Below are positions 48,701 through 60,068 of a DNA stretch of 64,000 nucleotides, piece by piece. The stretch's first letter is position 1, and each line of letters starts with the position of its first letter. The notes under the pieces were generated by a model, which saw only the letters and a program-made list of their open reading frames with translations, ran no database searches and was not told where the DNA came from. This DNA is from Azolla caroliniana (taxonomy: Eukaryota; Plantae; Polypodiophyta): positions 7,006,001 to 7,070,000 of the forward strand of contig JBHGNT010000009.1 of the NCBI GenBank assembly GCA_043228905.1. The letters run 5' to 3'. The position numbers and the translations under genes are program-made.

Positions 48701-49575
48701 TCGGTCGGATCCGCACGAGGTTATACGCTCCTCGTAGGTCGATTTTAGTAAAAAACTTGGCACCATTAACTCGCTCTAAAAGACTTGATATAAGAGGAAG
48801 TGCATACCTATTCCGGATGGTGACTTTATTCAATCCGCGGTAATCAACGACAAGACGAAGTGAGCCATCTTTCTTCTTGACAAAGAAGATGGGTGCACCG
48901 GCCGGAGATTTCGAATGGCGGATGAACCCGCTTGCCAAGTTCTCCTCTATGTAGGCTCGAAGGACTTCTAACTCGGTGGGTGACAAGTTGTAAATTGGTC
49001 CCCATGGTGGCTCGGTTCCTGGTTGTAAATCGATGGGACAGTCATAGGGACGGTGATGAGGAAGGGTACCGGCTTTTACCTTGTCAAATACATCGGCATA
49101 AGGATGATATTTTGCTGGAAGTTGTACTGAGGAGTCCTTAATAGTGCTGGAAGGATGTACTGATATTGCAAATAGGAACATTGCCTCCTTGGGTCCTTCT
49201 TCGCGTAATTGATGGAGTGAAATGGTCGAAACTTGGTGAGTTGATTCTTGGGGTGGTCGATATTGGACTTCTCTTGTTCTCCAATCTATGGCTGGATTAT
49301 GTAATTCAAACCAAGGTAATCCTAGGACAATGGGATGCTCTGGACTACTAATTATATTAAATGATATTACACACACAAAACTACCTAGGACAACTTAATG
49401 GGTTCTGATTCTTCTACAATATTCCCGGAAGCAATGGGACGACCATCAATGACTGCTACAAATGCGGGACAAGGAAGTTTTCTTAAGGATATCTGAGAAG
49501 CTTGGGCAAAGTTTCGATCCATGAAACAGGAATTAGCTCCGGAATCTAAAAGTGCTAGGACGGGTACTGGGGGAG
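45711..49575 (-). mobile_element. Ty3/Gypsy chromovirus (Tcn1-like), 5'-truncated: PR, RT, RNase H, integrase, chromodomain, PPT, 3' LTR 45711-46144
   Basis: LLDSGA, YLDD, ADASD..NYEIHDKELLAI, YHPQTDGQAER, GPF and EYEVAAILD..YYLVDWLGY motifs. PPT AAGGGGGAGATAG. LTR termini TGTCA...TGACA. Confidence 0.93.
46066..46120 (+). promoter_or_regulatory. tRNA-like A box/B box module in the chromovirus LTR U3, antisense to the element
   Basis: TCGTCTAATGGTAA ... AAGGTC ... GGTTCGAGT with 43-nt spacing. Confidence 0.55.
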
Positions 49576-51888
49576 TACTTTTAGTACTTTCCCTACCACC
49601 CCCAAGCGAAGGGATCGAGACAGACTCGAGCCTCGATCGACATCCCATACCACTGACGTGGCGTCGAGTCGGACCTAGTGTTGGCGCGCTTGCTAGAAGA
49701 GTTGACCCACCACACTGTCAGAGTCTCGCGTTAGTAAAGAGATGATGAAATGAGGGTAGCTAGGCCTCATATTTATTGCAAGACCCAAGGCCCCCAGGCA
49801 AGTTCACACTTGGCCTAATGGGTTGTCTCAATCCCGAGGATTAAAAGTAATCTTCCCCTTCTTTACACTCTCGTTTAACCCTCACACATATCCACGTGTA
49901 TAGAATACTACGGTAAAATCTCACCACGGGATATTATATGGTCATGCTGGTAACACACATCATACATCAACACACAAAAGCACTTATTGCTCCACTCATT
50001 GCAATGTGGAAGCCTCAAAGGTTTCGTAACGTAATCTAAAATAAACACACACGAAATATGCAATCGCAAGTAGATGGATAATTTTATGAAGAAACATGTA
50101 AGGATCTTCATTAATCTAGTGAAGATGTTATTTGATGCTACATCCTCAAAGGGAACCTTCCACATTATTAATGGCATGCAAAACTGTATTGGAAAGGTTT
50201 ACGTTCCATTATTTTTTGAGATCAAAATAAGATTTCTTTAAGGCAACTTGGAATACATCATACACTTGTTATAATTTCTACTCATTTCTTTTTATTGAAG
50301 ATGCATTTTGATATTAATGATTATATAACTAAATGTCACCATGGTCAGATTACCAAGGGATATAATAAGTGCCAAAGATTTCCAAATTACTACTCTATTT
50401 TGGAACCAGAAATTACCTTAACCACGAGCTCTAGAGACCAATCTCAAACCTAATTGATGTCCAAGTGAATAGGTAATCAAACCAATGAGGATAACTTTTG
50501 ATGTAATGAGAACAATAACTTTTTGCTATATAGTTTTCTTCGAACATACATGCATTGGAGATAGTCCTTTAGTGTTGATGTATGATTTTAGTGTGTAAGC
50601 CTCGATCAATGTTGACATTCAATATGATGAGTTATACACAATACAAACTATATACGAGATAAACTTATTTTATATTGCATAAGATAACTTTCAGGCAAAC
50701 TAGGATTCACAACCATTTGGATTTAACCGTAAATGAAAAGGTATTACTATGTGTATTTCCAAGTTCTAATACTTTATGTACACGTGAGTGTGATAAATTA
50801 GGTGCGCAAGTTTGCGGACTACTCATAGGCCTTAAACATTTTGGTTACTTTTCTTAATTGGCGAAATCTTCTAGTTGGTAAAACATATCAAACACACTTA
50901 AATAGTCATTGCAAAAGTTCAAAATGTTTTGAAGCAGGAGAATTCTTTACAAGGATAACATAACAAACCATGAATTAAGATTTATGACGTTTTCCTTGAT
51001 CTTATGATGGGATAACTATAACTAATCCCGAGTTATGATATCTGAATTAATTGAGTATTTACAATTCTACATTCCGAGATAAACAATTAGGTGTGTTATC
51101 ACTTGACGACTTCATATGATGTAGTCAAGTGTGTGAATTCACCAAGGCCTATAGTTTCTACCTATATAAGAAGGTTACTAGAGCTATCTTTTGAGGGGGA
51201 GACTTGACCTATATCAAAGCGTTGGCAATGTGGCTATGGATCTTTCGATTCAAGTCTAGTTAGATCATTGCTAGGGGTGGTTGAGTGGTTTGGCACCCTC
51301 TTTCCTTTCTTTGGTCCATCTTTTGTCATATTTATTCTTAATTATTAACTAGTCTCTAACACAAATCCTCAAGTAAAATCGTAAGCTAGATACTCGAGCT
51401 ACACCCTTGAGCCATATCCTCAAGCCAAATGCTACACTTGAATCCACTAAAAAACAAATGAGATCCATAATAAATATTTTATATGTGTATACTTATATAT
51501 CCCCTTCTCGAACACATACACACACAAACACATGTACATGAGAGAGAAACGATAATAATAATCAATAAATAACGATAAAAATGTCATGAGGGAAGATGCC
51601 ATGGCATGACCTATTTCAATTTAGGTTCACCCTAGACATAGGTAATGAACTCAACTGAGTATAACTAAATGAGGGGCTTGAAAATGAAGCAAGATATATA
51701 GGGGCTATTTGATAGAGAGTAGCATAGAAATTAGACTTGAATAGTGGTGAACAAATCATCACACCCTCCACGCATACCCCAACAAATAATGACCTAGTTA
51801 TAGACTACATGAGTTTAGAACATTACCAACTAGACGTCGTCATGATGTGGGGAACACACAGGAGGAATTAAGTTAGGCTTGATATACA

Positions 51889-51919
<31 letters not shown>

Positions 51920-51981
51920 GAAGCTGAAGGAAAGAGCAGTGATATAATAAGAATGGCAATAGAGGGATTGTCTCTAAAGTT

Positions 51982-52036
51982 TGGCTCAATTGGTAAGAGG
52001 TTGTCCTATGAGTAGGAGGTAAAGGGTTCGAGTCCT
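51982..52036 (+). promoter_or_regulatory. tRNA-derived (SINE-head-like) A box/B box module
   Basis: TGGCTCAATTGGTAA, hairpin TCCT-ATGAGT-AGGA, GGT, then GGTTCGAGTCC. No acceptor stem. Confidence 0.6.
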
Positions 52037-52044
52037 ATTGTTCT

Positions 52045-52903
52045 TTCGTTCGGCTACTTCAGTTTGTTGACGTGTGTGTCAACATAAGAATTCTCGTCGA
52101 ATTGCTTCCTTTTGGAGGTATGCCGTAAACTCGTGTAAGAAGTACTCTTTGACTCCATCCGATCGAAGGCATCAAACATGCCGACTTGTGGCTTTTTTGA
52201 CTTCGCTTTTAAACCTTTGGAAGTGTCTGAACACTTCACTCTTCTACCGCGTCGGATAGATCCAGACATGCCTCAAGAAGTCATCGATGAACAAGACATA
52301 ATCTCGGCATCCACCGAATGTGGCTGTCTAGGCAGGTCCCCATACATCTGAATGTACATCATCCAGGATTCTTTGCCTCCATCTGATTGAAGGCATCGAA
52401 CATGCCGACTTGTGGCTTTTTTTACTTCGTTTTTAAACCTTTGGAAGTGTCCAAACACTTCACTCTTCTGCCGCGTCAAATAGATCCAGACATGCCTCGA
52501 GAAGTCGTCGATGAACAAGACATAATATCGGCATCCACCGAATGTGGTTGTTTGTGCCGGTTCCCATACATCTAAATGTATGACATGTAGGATCCCTTTG
52601 CTCACATTCCCTTCTTTTGGGAATGGTTGTCGGTGTTGTTTGCCGAATTGGCAGGCTTCACATACACCCGGGATCTCCTTCTCGGTAAATTTCGGAAGTC
52701 CGATTACGAGTCCTTTCGATTGCATCCTTTTAAGCTTTTGGAGATTAATGTGGCTGATTTGCTTGTGCCACAATTTCCAGTTGGTTTTGACTTTGATGTT
52801 GTTTACAAACATGGTGGACTTCACCTCACTCGACTCGAGGATAAGCATTCGGCCTTCTCGACGACCGTGAGCTATGATTTGATCGTCTTTTTCAATGACG
52901 CAC
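52045..52903 (-). mobile_element. Copia integrase-region fragment with an internal ~224-bp diverged duplication
   Basis: ORF 52273-52848 (LWHKQISH, CEACQFGKQ, FIDDFSR). 52165-52345 repeats at 52389-52570. Confidence 0.85.
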
Positions 52904-55900
52904 TATTGAGTGAGCAAGCTCAACCGGATCCGGATCGGTTGAAGAAGCCTGAGCTGGATCAGTATCCAGAAACAACTGGCCGGATCGGAGAGCCGGATTC
53001 GAGCGGGAACCGAAAGCCTAGTAGTAGCCTTGACTACTAGGCAATCATTGTCTCGTAGTCAGTGTCAGTCGCACATAGGAACATTGAAGTACATGTCAGT
53101 ACTTCTATCAATACTTTTGTCAGTACTTTTGTCAATTCTTTGTGGACTTGTATAAATAGTGTTGTTTAGCATGTTCTATGTACAGAGAGTTTTAGAGTTA
53201 TTTTTGAATAGAGTATATGTTCTGCTCTCTCTCTCTGTCTCTCCTATATATACTCTGTGTGTTAAGCTTCTCCATTAAAACCTTCATCTCATTGTCTATT
53301 GCTATCCGGCTGAGCCGGTTCTGTCTGACGCTTCCACACATTAACAGTGACATGGTATCAGAGCGCGAGGGTTGAAGTCCTCTACAGCCGACACTTGCTT
53401 TCGTAGACGAACCCTAGAACCTAGTAACAACAAATAGAGAGAAGATATGGACAGAGGAATGGCGAGTTCACTTCCAACAGAGAATCTCGACGAGAGCAAC
53501 TACGCGTCCTGGTCATATAAAATGCACCAGTACCTATTGGGGCATGGATATTGGAGCTTCGTGGAAGGAACAAATGAAGTAACACCAAAGCCGTCACACA
53601 AGGACTTCCCGGTTTGGGGAGCAAGGAGCAAGCCGAGTATTGTATTGCCTCGCGTCCTGTGTGAAAGATCTGATGCTCGGCTACATCAAGGATGCAAAGA
53701 CGCCGAAGGAGGCCTAGGGAAATCTGAGGAAGATTTTCGCCACGAGTACCACTACCCGTAAGTTGCAGCTCTGGGAAGAGTTGAACAACACCCGGCAAAG
53801 AGACATGTTGGTTACGGATTACACCACCAAGATAAAGGAGATTTGTGGCGCACTCGGGTCCATCAACGTGACAGTGGACGAAGACGAGATGGTACAAATA
53901 TGCCTCGGGGCTCTAGCGCAAAGGTACGGGTCAATGCGGGTCAATCGATTGGAGAACCAGGAACTCAACTAACGGTAAGAACTTTTCATACCGGTGGAGT
54001 CTTTGCCGGCGATATTGCAGAATATGTACGGAAAGCGATCTACACCCGGGAGAAACCATCGTCTTTCTTTGACTTGCAATTGATGTTGATGGTCGAAGAA
54101 AACCACACGAGTGGGTTAAGGACCACTCCATCGGACGGTCGGATGCTTTACACGGAGATAGATCGGCACCATGGACGTGGTGGATGAGCTAGGTCGGCAT
54201 GCAATAGAGGCGGCCGGCAAGAGCAGGACCAGAGGCATAGAGGAGGTGCCAACAGTAGCTCCAGACCCTCCACAAGTAGGGGGAGTCAAAGCGGCCCCGG
54301 GAGCCAGCAAGGAAAGGCCGACACGGAATGCTAGTACTGTGGCAAAAAGGGCCACAAGGAAAGCGAGTGCTGGAAGAAGCGCGTTGATTCGAACAAATCC
54401 GGATACTGCAAAACTGGTCGGGAGAACCGACAAAGCTCACACTACGCGGAAGGATCCGGAACCGGGAAAACCGGTAAAGGGCCAGCCTTCGTGATGAAGT
54501 ACAAGGCTAGCTCGATGAAGAAGACTACTTCTGGATCAGAGGAAGTATGGTACATTGATTCTAGAGTGTCCAACCACATGAAGAGCCATGAAGAGTGGTT
54601 CTCTTTTTTGGAGAAACCGGAACAACCAAGGATTGTTGAAACTAGAGATGACACCCCTCACTCGATTGTGCATGTCGGAGAAGTCCCTTTAAGCCATGTC
54701 GGACAAAAGGGGAAGTTGATGAAGGGACTACACGTTCCGATAATCACAAAGAACTTGGTATCGGTCGGACAAATCGTTGACCAGGGGATTCAAGTGTGGT
54801 TTACGCACCTCGGGTGCTTCATCGAGGAAGAAGGCCGGATAATTGTGCAAGGGCGCAGAGACGGGAGGATGTTCATCCTCAACACCAATGACGTTGGCAC
54901 CACCATGTTTGCCAAAGGGCAAGCGGTCGAGTCGGACATCGACCTATGGCACAAGCGGATCGACTACGTCAATTATCGGATGCTTCAAGCCCTGCAATCA
55001 AAACAAGTTGTTTTCGGCTTGCCGAAATTTAGCGGCCGGAAGGCCGAAATTTGTGAAGCGTGCCAACTTGGGAAGCAACACCAGCTTCCATTCCCCACCG
55101 AACGAAACTAGAGTCGTAACAAGCTCGATCTAATACATTCAGATGTATGGGGACCGACACAGAATGTTAGTCTTGGCGGGAGTTGATATTTCGTCTCCTT
55201 CATTAACGATTACAACCAACACACATGGATCTACCTCATCGAACAGGAGAGAGAAGTCTTTGAATGTTTCCGGAACTCGCAAAGCTTAGTTGAATGGGAA
55301 ACGGAGAGGAAGGTCAAGTGTTGGCGGTCAGATGGTGGAAAAGAATACTTTTCTGGCCAATTCAACAGTTATCTTCAGTAGAATGGAATTCAGAGGGAAT
55401 TTAGTTGTAGATACACACCGAAAGGAAGAACTGGTCAATTGTTGACGCGGCAAGGGTGATGCTGGAGGAGAAGAGCATGCCCCAATTTTATTGGGCTGAG
55501 GCAGTCCGGACGGTTGCCTACATCCAAAACCAGATCGGTGACAAGGTGTCAGCACATGAGCTGTATTTCGGGCGAAAGCCGAATTTGAGACACCTTCAGA
55601 TATTCGATAGCATAGCATATGTGCATGTACCGGATGAGAAGCGGAGGATGCTGGATCCGAAGTTGGAAAAGTGCATCCTAGTCGGTTACTCACATGAGCA
55701 AAAGGGGTATAAGTGTTATAATCCCCGGACTAAGCAGGTCTGAGTAATCCGAGATGTCGAGTTTGATGAGACGACATCATGGTACTGCTTACCGACTCCA
55801 ACTCCCAACGAAGACCCGACTCCGGAAGATGAGGCTAGTGAGCCCGAGGAGGTCTAGGAAGAAGATGAAGATTTTGGCACTCTAGAAGAGAGTCTGATTT

Positions 55901-57268
55901 CATTCCGGTTGACTGGACCGAATGAGCGCCTGAGTTGGGATGACCAGTCGTATGAAGAACCGACGAGTAGTGGAGACACTGCCGTGCTCTCCCCGCGAAA
56001 GGAACCGAGGAGACGGTACACGCGCAAAGAGAAGGGGAAGAAGATGATGCCGGGATACAAAACCGGCAACGTTGAGTCGGATCGGAGCGAATCCAACTCT
56101 TGAAAGGAAGAAGTAGGATCTTCAGAAAGGAATTTTGAATCGGACAAGAAGGGCCTTAAACAGGGTAACGACAAGTTATGCCGATCATCCCGCCAGAAGA
56201 ACTCCGTTACGCAGTACGGGTACAATGAGTACATGGTGCATCACTACGAGTACATGACCAAAGTGGCGGAAGTGCGTGAGCTAGAGAGCTACGCAGAAGC
56301 AGCAAAGGACGCAAATTGGTGTGCCGCTATGGAGGAAGAAATGCAGGCACTCGATGCCAATGACACATGGGACCTCGTTAACCCTCCCCGACACTATAAA
56401 CCGATCGGTTGCAAATGGGTGTACAAGGTAAAGTACAATGCCGACGGTTTGGTTAACCGGTACGAGGCCCGGTTAGTTACGACGAGACCTTCGCCCCGGT
56501 AGAGAAGATGACGACGGTGTGTTTGGTACTAGCGGTTGTTGCGGCATGGGGGTGGCATCTTCACTAGATGGACGTGAAAAATGTGTTTCTTCAAGGTGAC
56601 CTTGAAGAACGGTTCTATATGATCCAACCTCCCAGTTTTCAGTCGGAGATGAACAAGTCGGCGGAGTGTCGGCTTCAGAAACAAGCCCCCTGAGCTTGGA
56701 ATGCGAAGATTACGCACCGGTTGCATAAGATGGGGTTTGTGACCTCTAAATCCAACTCATTGTTGTTCATCCGGCAAGGTACGGACGGTCCGGTTTGCAT
56801 CTTGCTTTATGTAGATGATTTGGCCATCACCGGACCTAGACTCAATGAAATCAGCAGAGTAAAGTCCCAACTGTCAGACACATTTGAAATGAAGGACCTG
56901 GGGGACCTTCATTATTTTCTTGGGATCAAGGTGATCCGAACCCCCGACGGCATATTGCTCTCACAACGACACTATGTGTTGAATATGTTGTACAAGTTCG
57001 GCATGACGGAATGCCGACCTGTCTCCACACCCCTTGACCGGAACCAAAAGCTCTATCCCAACTCCGGACCGGCCTGTGATGAGAAACGGTTCTGACAAAT
57101 CCTCGGAAGTCTCATATACCTGACAATCACTCGACCCGACCTCAGTTACCTAGTCGGAGTGATCAACCAGTTCATGCAGAAGCCGACCGTCGAGCACCTT
57201 CAGTGCGAACACCGGATACTCTAGTATGCTAGTGGTACGAAGGATCGGGGACTGTTATACCGACACGG
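52904..57268 (+). mobile_element. Copia element (second family), decayed; interrupted by Gypsy copy B
   Basis: LTR 52904-53352, PBS TGGTATCAGAGC 53353-53364, gag, WYIDS protease, integrase, RT (LYVDDL). Confidence 0.92.
53936..54031 (+). other. rpoC2: Plastid DNA insert (NUPT): rpoC2 fragment inside Copia gag
   Basis: Encodes [32 protein letters not shown], the RNA polymerase trigger-loop motif in plastid RpoC2 form. It is absent from the homologous gag at 17222-18241. Confidence 0.9.
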
Positions 57269-57941
57269 TGTCGTGAAGAATACCGTCCACAAGCGGAATC
57301 GGTGGACAAGAGCGTAGGAACCGGCTCTTCTCGAATGTTGTCCATAGAAGATCCTAGGCGGGTAGATTTAGTGGGTAGGAAGTAAAGGGGAAACGGCTCC
57401 TTCCTTGCCTATAAAAAGGAGGGAGACGAGAAGGGGGAGGGGATCGCGGAGAGTCGAGGACGAAGTGCTGTCGGTTTGCGTGCGAAGGCTTCTCTCTCTC
57501 TCTCTGGTTCGCAAACTCCATAGCTTCCTTCTGTGCAGGTTTCGGGAGGCTCGCGCTGCTCTGAGGAATGCCCGAGTGCTTCCGGCAGCACCTCCAACCT
57601 GCTCCTGTCTTCCTGTGCTTTTACGAACAGGCATCGGCATCTGTTCGCCGGCCTGTTCGGTTGTAACCGACTTCGTGTTTTTGTTGCTTCCGTGTTCTTG
57701 TTGTTGTCTTTGTTAATACATACATACATTCGTGTCTCTCTGTGTCGCTGTCCCACTCGCGTCTTTGTGTCGAAGGGCCGTGTCCCTGTGAATCTACGCT
57801 CGCACGTAGTGGGTCTTTTGTCCCTTCTCTCTTGCTCTTCGGTACAGGACCCCTGAGGTCCCGCCTCATTCCACGCATCCGCGAGGAAAACCTCGACATC
57901 TTGGTGAACCCGACGTGAAGGAGGCGGCAGAAGAGCAGAAG

Positions 57942-60068
57942 ATGAAGGGGTCGGATATTGCAGAGGCCATGGCTTCGGCCGTGGATCGGATATTGAGTGC
58001 ACGCGAGGGCACCGGCGCCCTCGATAGAGCCATTGAGGCGGTCGTCGGTACGATCTGCCGGTTCAGCGGAAAGGATGCCACGAAGTATTTGGCGTCCTAC
58101 GGGGCAGAAATGCTGATGTGGGACATTCCGGAAGAGAGGCGTCTTGCCGGGTTTCCTCGAGTTGCGATGCCGAGCATCCATGCGGAGGTGCTCGAGGTGC
58201 GGGCGGAGAGCCGTACTTGGGAGGAGTTCGAAGGCCGATTCCTAGAAAAATACGGGCTGGACGACGCGCTCCGGCTTTCGAAACGGGACTTCATGGAATG
58301 GGTGGAGTCCCCCGGCAAGGGAAGGAACGCGTCGGCACTCCTCCGGGAGTTTGAAGAACGCTTTGCGCACCTTTCGGCGCTTGACCGAACCATTCTGGAT
58401 ACGAGCCGGGTCCTATTGTTCGTCAAGTTGGTGGACGAGCGGGACAGAGATCAAGTCGGCTCCTTGCTGGAAACCGAAGACGGGCTGACAACCGACTGGG
58501 CTGTGGTTAAGAGAGTCTGTGGCCGTTTCGACAAACGGCGAGAATGGGCTGACAACGGGGCAGCCGGTGCGGGCTCTGTCACAGCAAGGAGGCTTGAACC
58601 GGCACCGCAAGTGCAAAGGGAAGAAACCCAGGAATGGCTCGAAACCGGTCCGGCTTCGGCCGGCATTGTCAATGGCTCGTCCGGAGGAGCAGCGCTGGAG
58701 GAGTTGATGCGGGCGATAAAGGATCTCCAGATTGCCCAGACTCGAAGGGAAGGCGGCGAACCGGCTCATGACCGACGGCCGGCAGCGGGGAACAGGTGCA
58801 TGTGGTGCGACGAGGTCGGCCACATTCGGAAGGACTACGGCGATTTCGCAGAGGCGTTGAGGAACCGGGTGGTGTACCTGTGGGAAGGCCGGGTACACGC
58901 CGGCGACACCAGGAGGGCCCTGAACCGAAACGACGGGCGAGGAGGTATGAAGAGACTGATGGAAGAGGCAGCGGCCCGACACCTAGAGGCCATCCACTAC
59001 TCGGCGTCGGCCGGAATTCGGGTCGGGGGCAGCGAGGCCCGAACAGAGGGCAAAGACGGATTCTGGTCGGCAACGCTGAAAGGTCTTGCCGGCGCACGGC
59101 TAAGGAAAGATGAAACGGACCGCGCTGAGAGACGAGTCCGGGAAATAACCGGGTGGAGCGATCCGGTCGAGGAGAAGACGGGCTTCGTAGAAGCCGCCTG
59201 CCAGAACTACGAGGCTCTGGTAGAAGACAAACGAGTGGGGAAAGCCGGAGCGGCCGGGCCCTCACAACGGTATGAGACCCGATTCGGGCAACGACGGAAC
59301 GATGCCGACGGGTCCAGCTCGCAAGATAACCCCAGGAAGGGCGGATACCGACTGGGGAAGGAGATAGAAAGGACTACGGACCTACGAAAGGTCCTAGAAG
59401 AACGGATCCTCGACAGCAAAGTGGAGCTGTCATTGCGAGAGGTGTTAGGGATCACCAAGAAGGAGTTCCACGACTCCATTGTAGACCTGGTGAAATGGAA
59501 GAGGCTGTCGACGAAGACGGAACCGGAAAGACCGGTGGAGGTGCAGACGACGCACATCGACGACATGGCGCTGGAAGATGAGTGGGCGGAGAGCCACTAT
59601 TCAAGGCCGCACTGGGTCCGAGCAACCACGGAGACCCCGGTGAAGATCGGAGATGTTCAGGAGCCGGTGGTGGCATTGGTGGACCACGGTTCGGAAATAA
59701 ACCTAATGTCAATGGACTTCTATAAGAAGGGAAAGTGGTCGATCAACACCAAGCACGGGTGGAAGATACGGGTGGCGACGCGCGCCATCGAGGAACTGCA
59801 CGGGGCCTGCCCGAACGTGCGAGTCAAGATCGGCGACGTCGAGATTGACCAACACTTCTTCGTACAGGAGACGTCCTCGCACCCGGTCATATTAGGGGAA
59901 CCATACATCACGGCGGCGCGAATGGAGACCAAGGTGCTGGACAACGGTTCGGCCTACGCGAGGGTCAAAAGCCAGGACGGGCGCCATTCGGTTCAATTTC
60001 TGACGGTGCGGCCGAACCACGAGAGAAACCGCGAATCCCTCGGTGGCGAGAACTGGGAGGATTTTTAG
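57942..60068 (+). CDS. Gag-protease polyprotein
   Basis: Open ORF with capsid-like region, knuckle CMWCDEVGHIRKDY (last Cys lost) and protease ALVDHGSE. Confidence 0.88.
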   Translation: MKGSDIAEAMASAVDRILSAREGTGALDRAIEAVVGTICRFSGKDATKYLASYGAEMLMWDIPEERRLAGFPRVAMPSIHAEVLEVRAESRTWEEFEGRFLEKYGLDDALRLSKRDFMEWVESPGKGRNASALLREFEERFAHLSALDRTILDTSRVLLFVKLVDERDRDQVGSLLETEDGLTTDWAVVKRVCGRFDKRREWADNGAAGAGSVTARRLEPAPQVQREETQEWLETGPASAGIVNGSSGGAALEELMRAIKDLQIAQTRREGGEPAHDRRPAAGNRCMWCDEVGHIRKDYGDFAEALRNRVVYLWEGRVHAGDTRRALNRNDGRGGMKRLMEEAAARHLEAIHYSASAGIRVGGSEARTEGKDGFWSATLKGLAGARLRKDETDRAERRVREITGWSDPVEEKTGFVEAACQNYEALVEDKRVGKAGAAGPSQRYETRFGQRRNDADGSSSQDNPRKGGYRLGKEIERTTDLRKVLEERILDSKVELSLREVLGITKKEFHDSIVDLVKWKRLSTKTEPERPVEVQTTHIDDMALEDEWAESHYSRPHWVRATTETPVKIGDVQEPVVALVDHGSEINLMSMDFYKKGKWSINTKHGWKIRVATRAIEELHGACPNVRVKIGDVEIDQHFFVQETSSHPVILGEPYITAARMETKVLDNGSAYARVKSQDGRHSVQFLTVRPNHERNRESLGGENWEDF

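Noticed and set aside
49576-51900. Possible LTR remnants (49576-49910; PPT-like GAGGGGGAG near 51195) and short ORFs
   Set aside because: No partner LTR, PBS or recognisable protein motif; cannot be supported.
53843-54187. Nuclear or bacterial RNA polymerase gene
   Set aside because: Only ~32 codons match rpoC2; the flanks are Copia gag.
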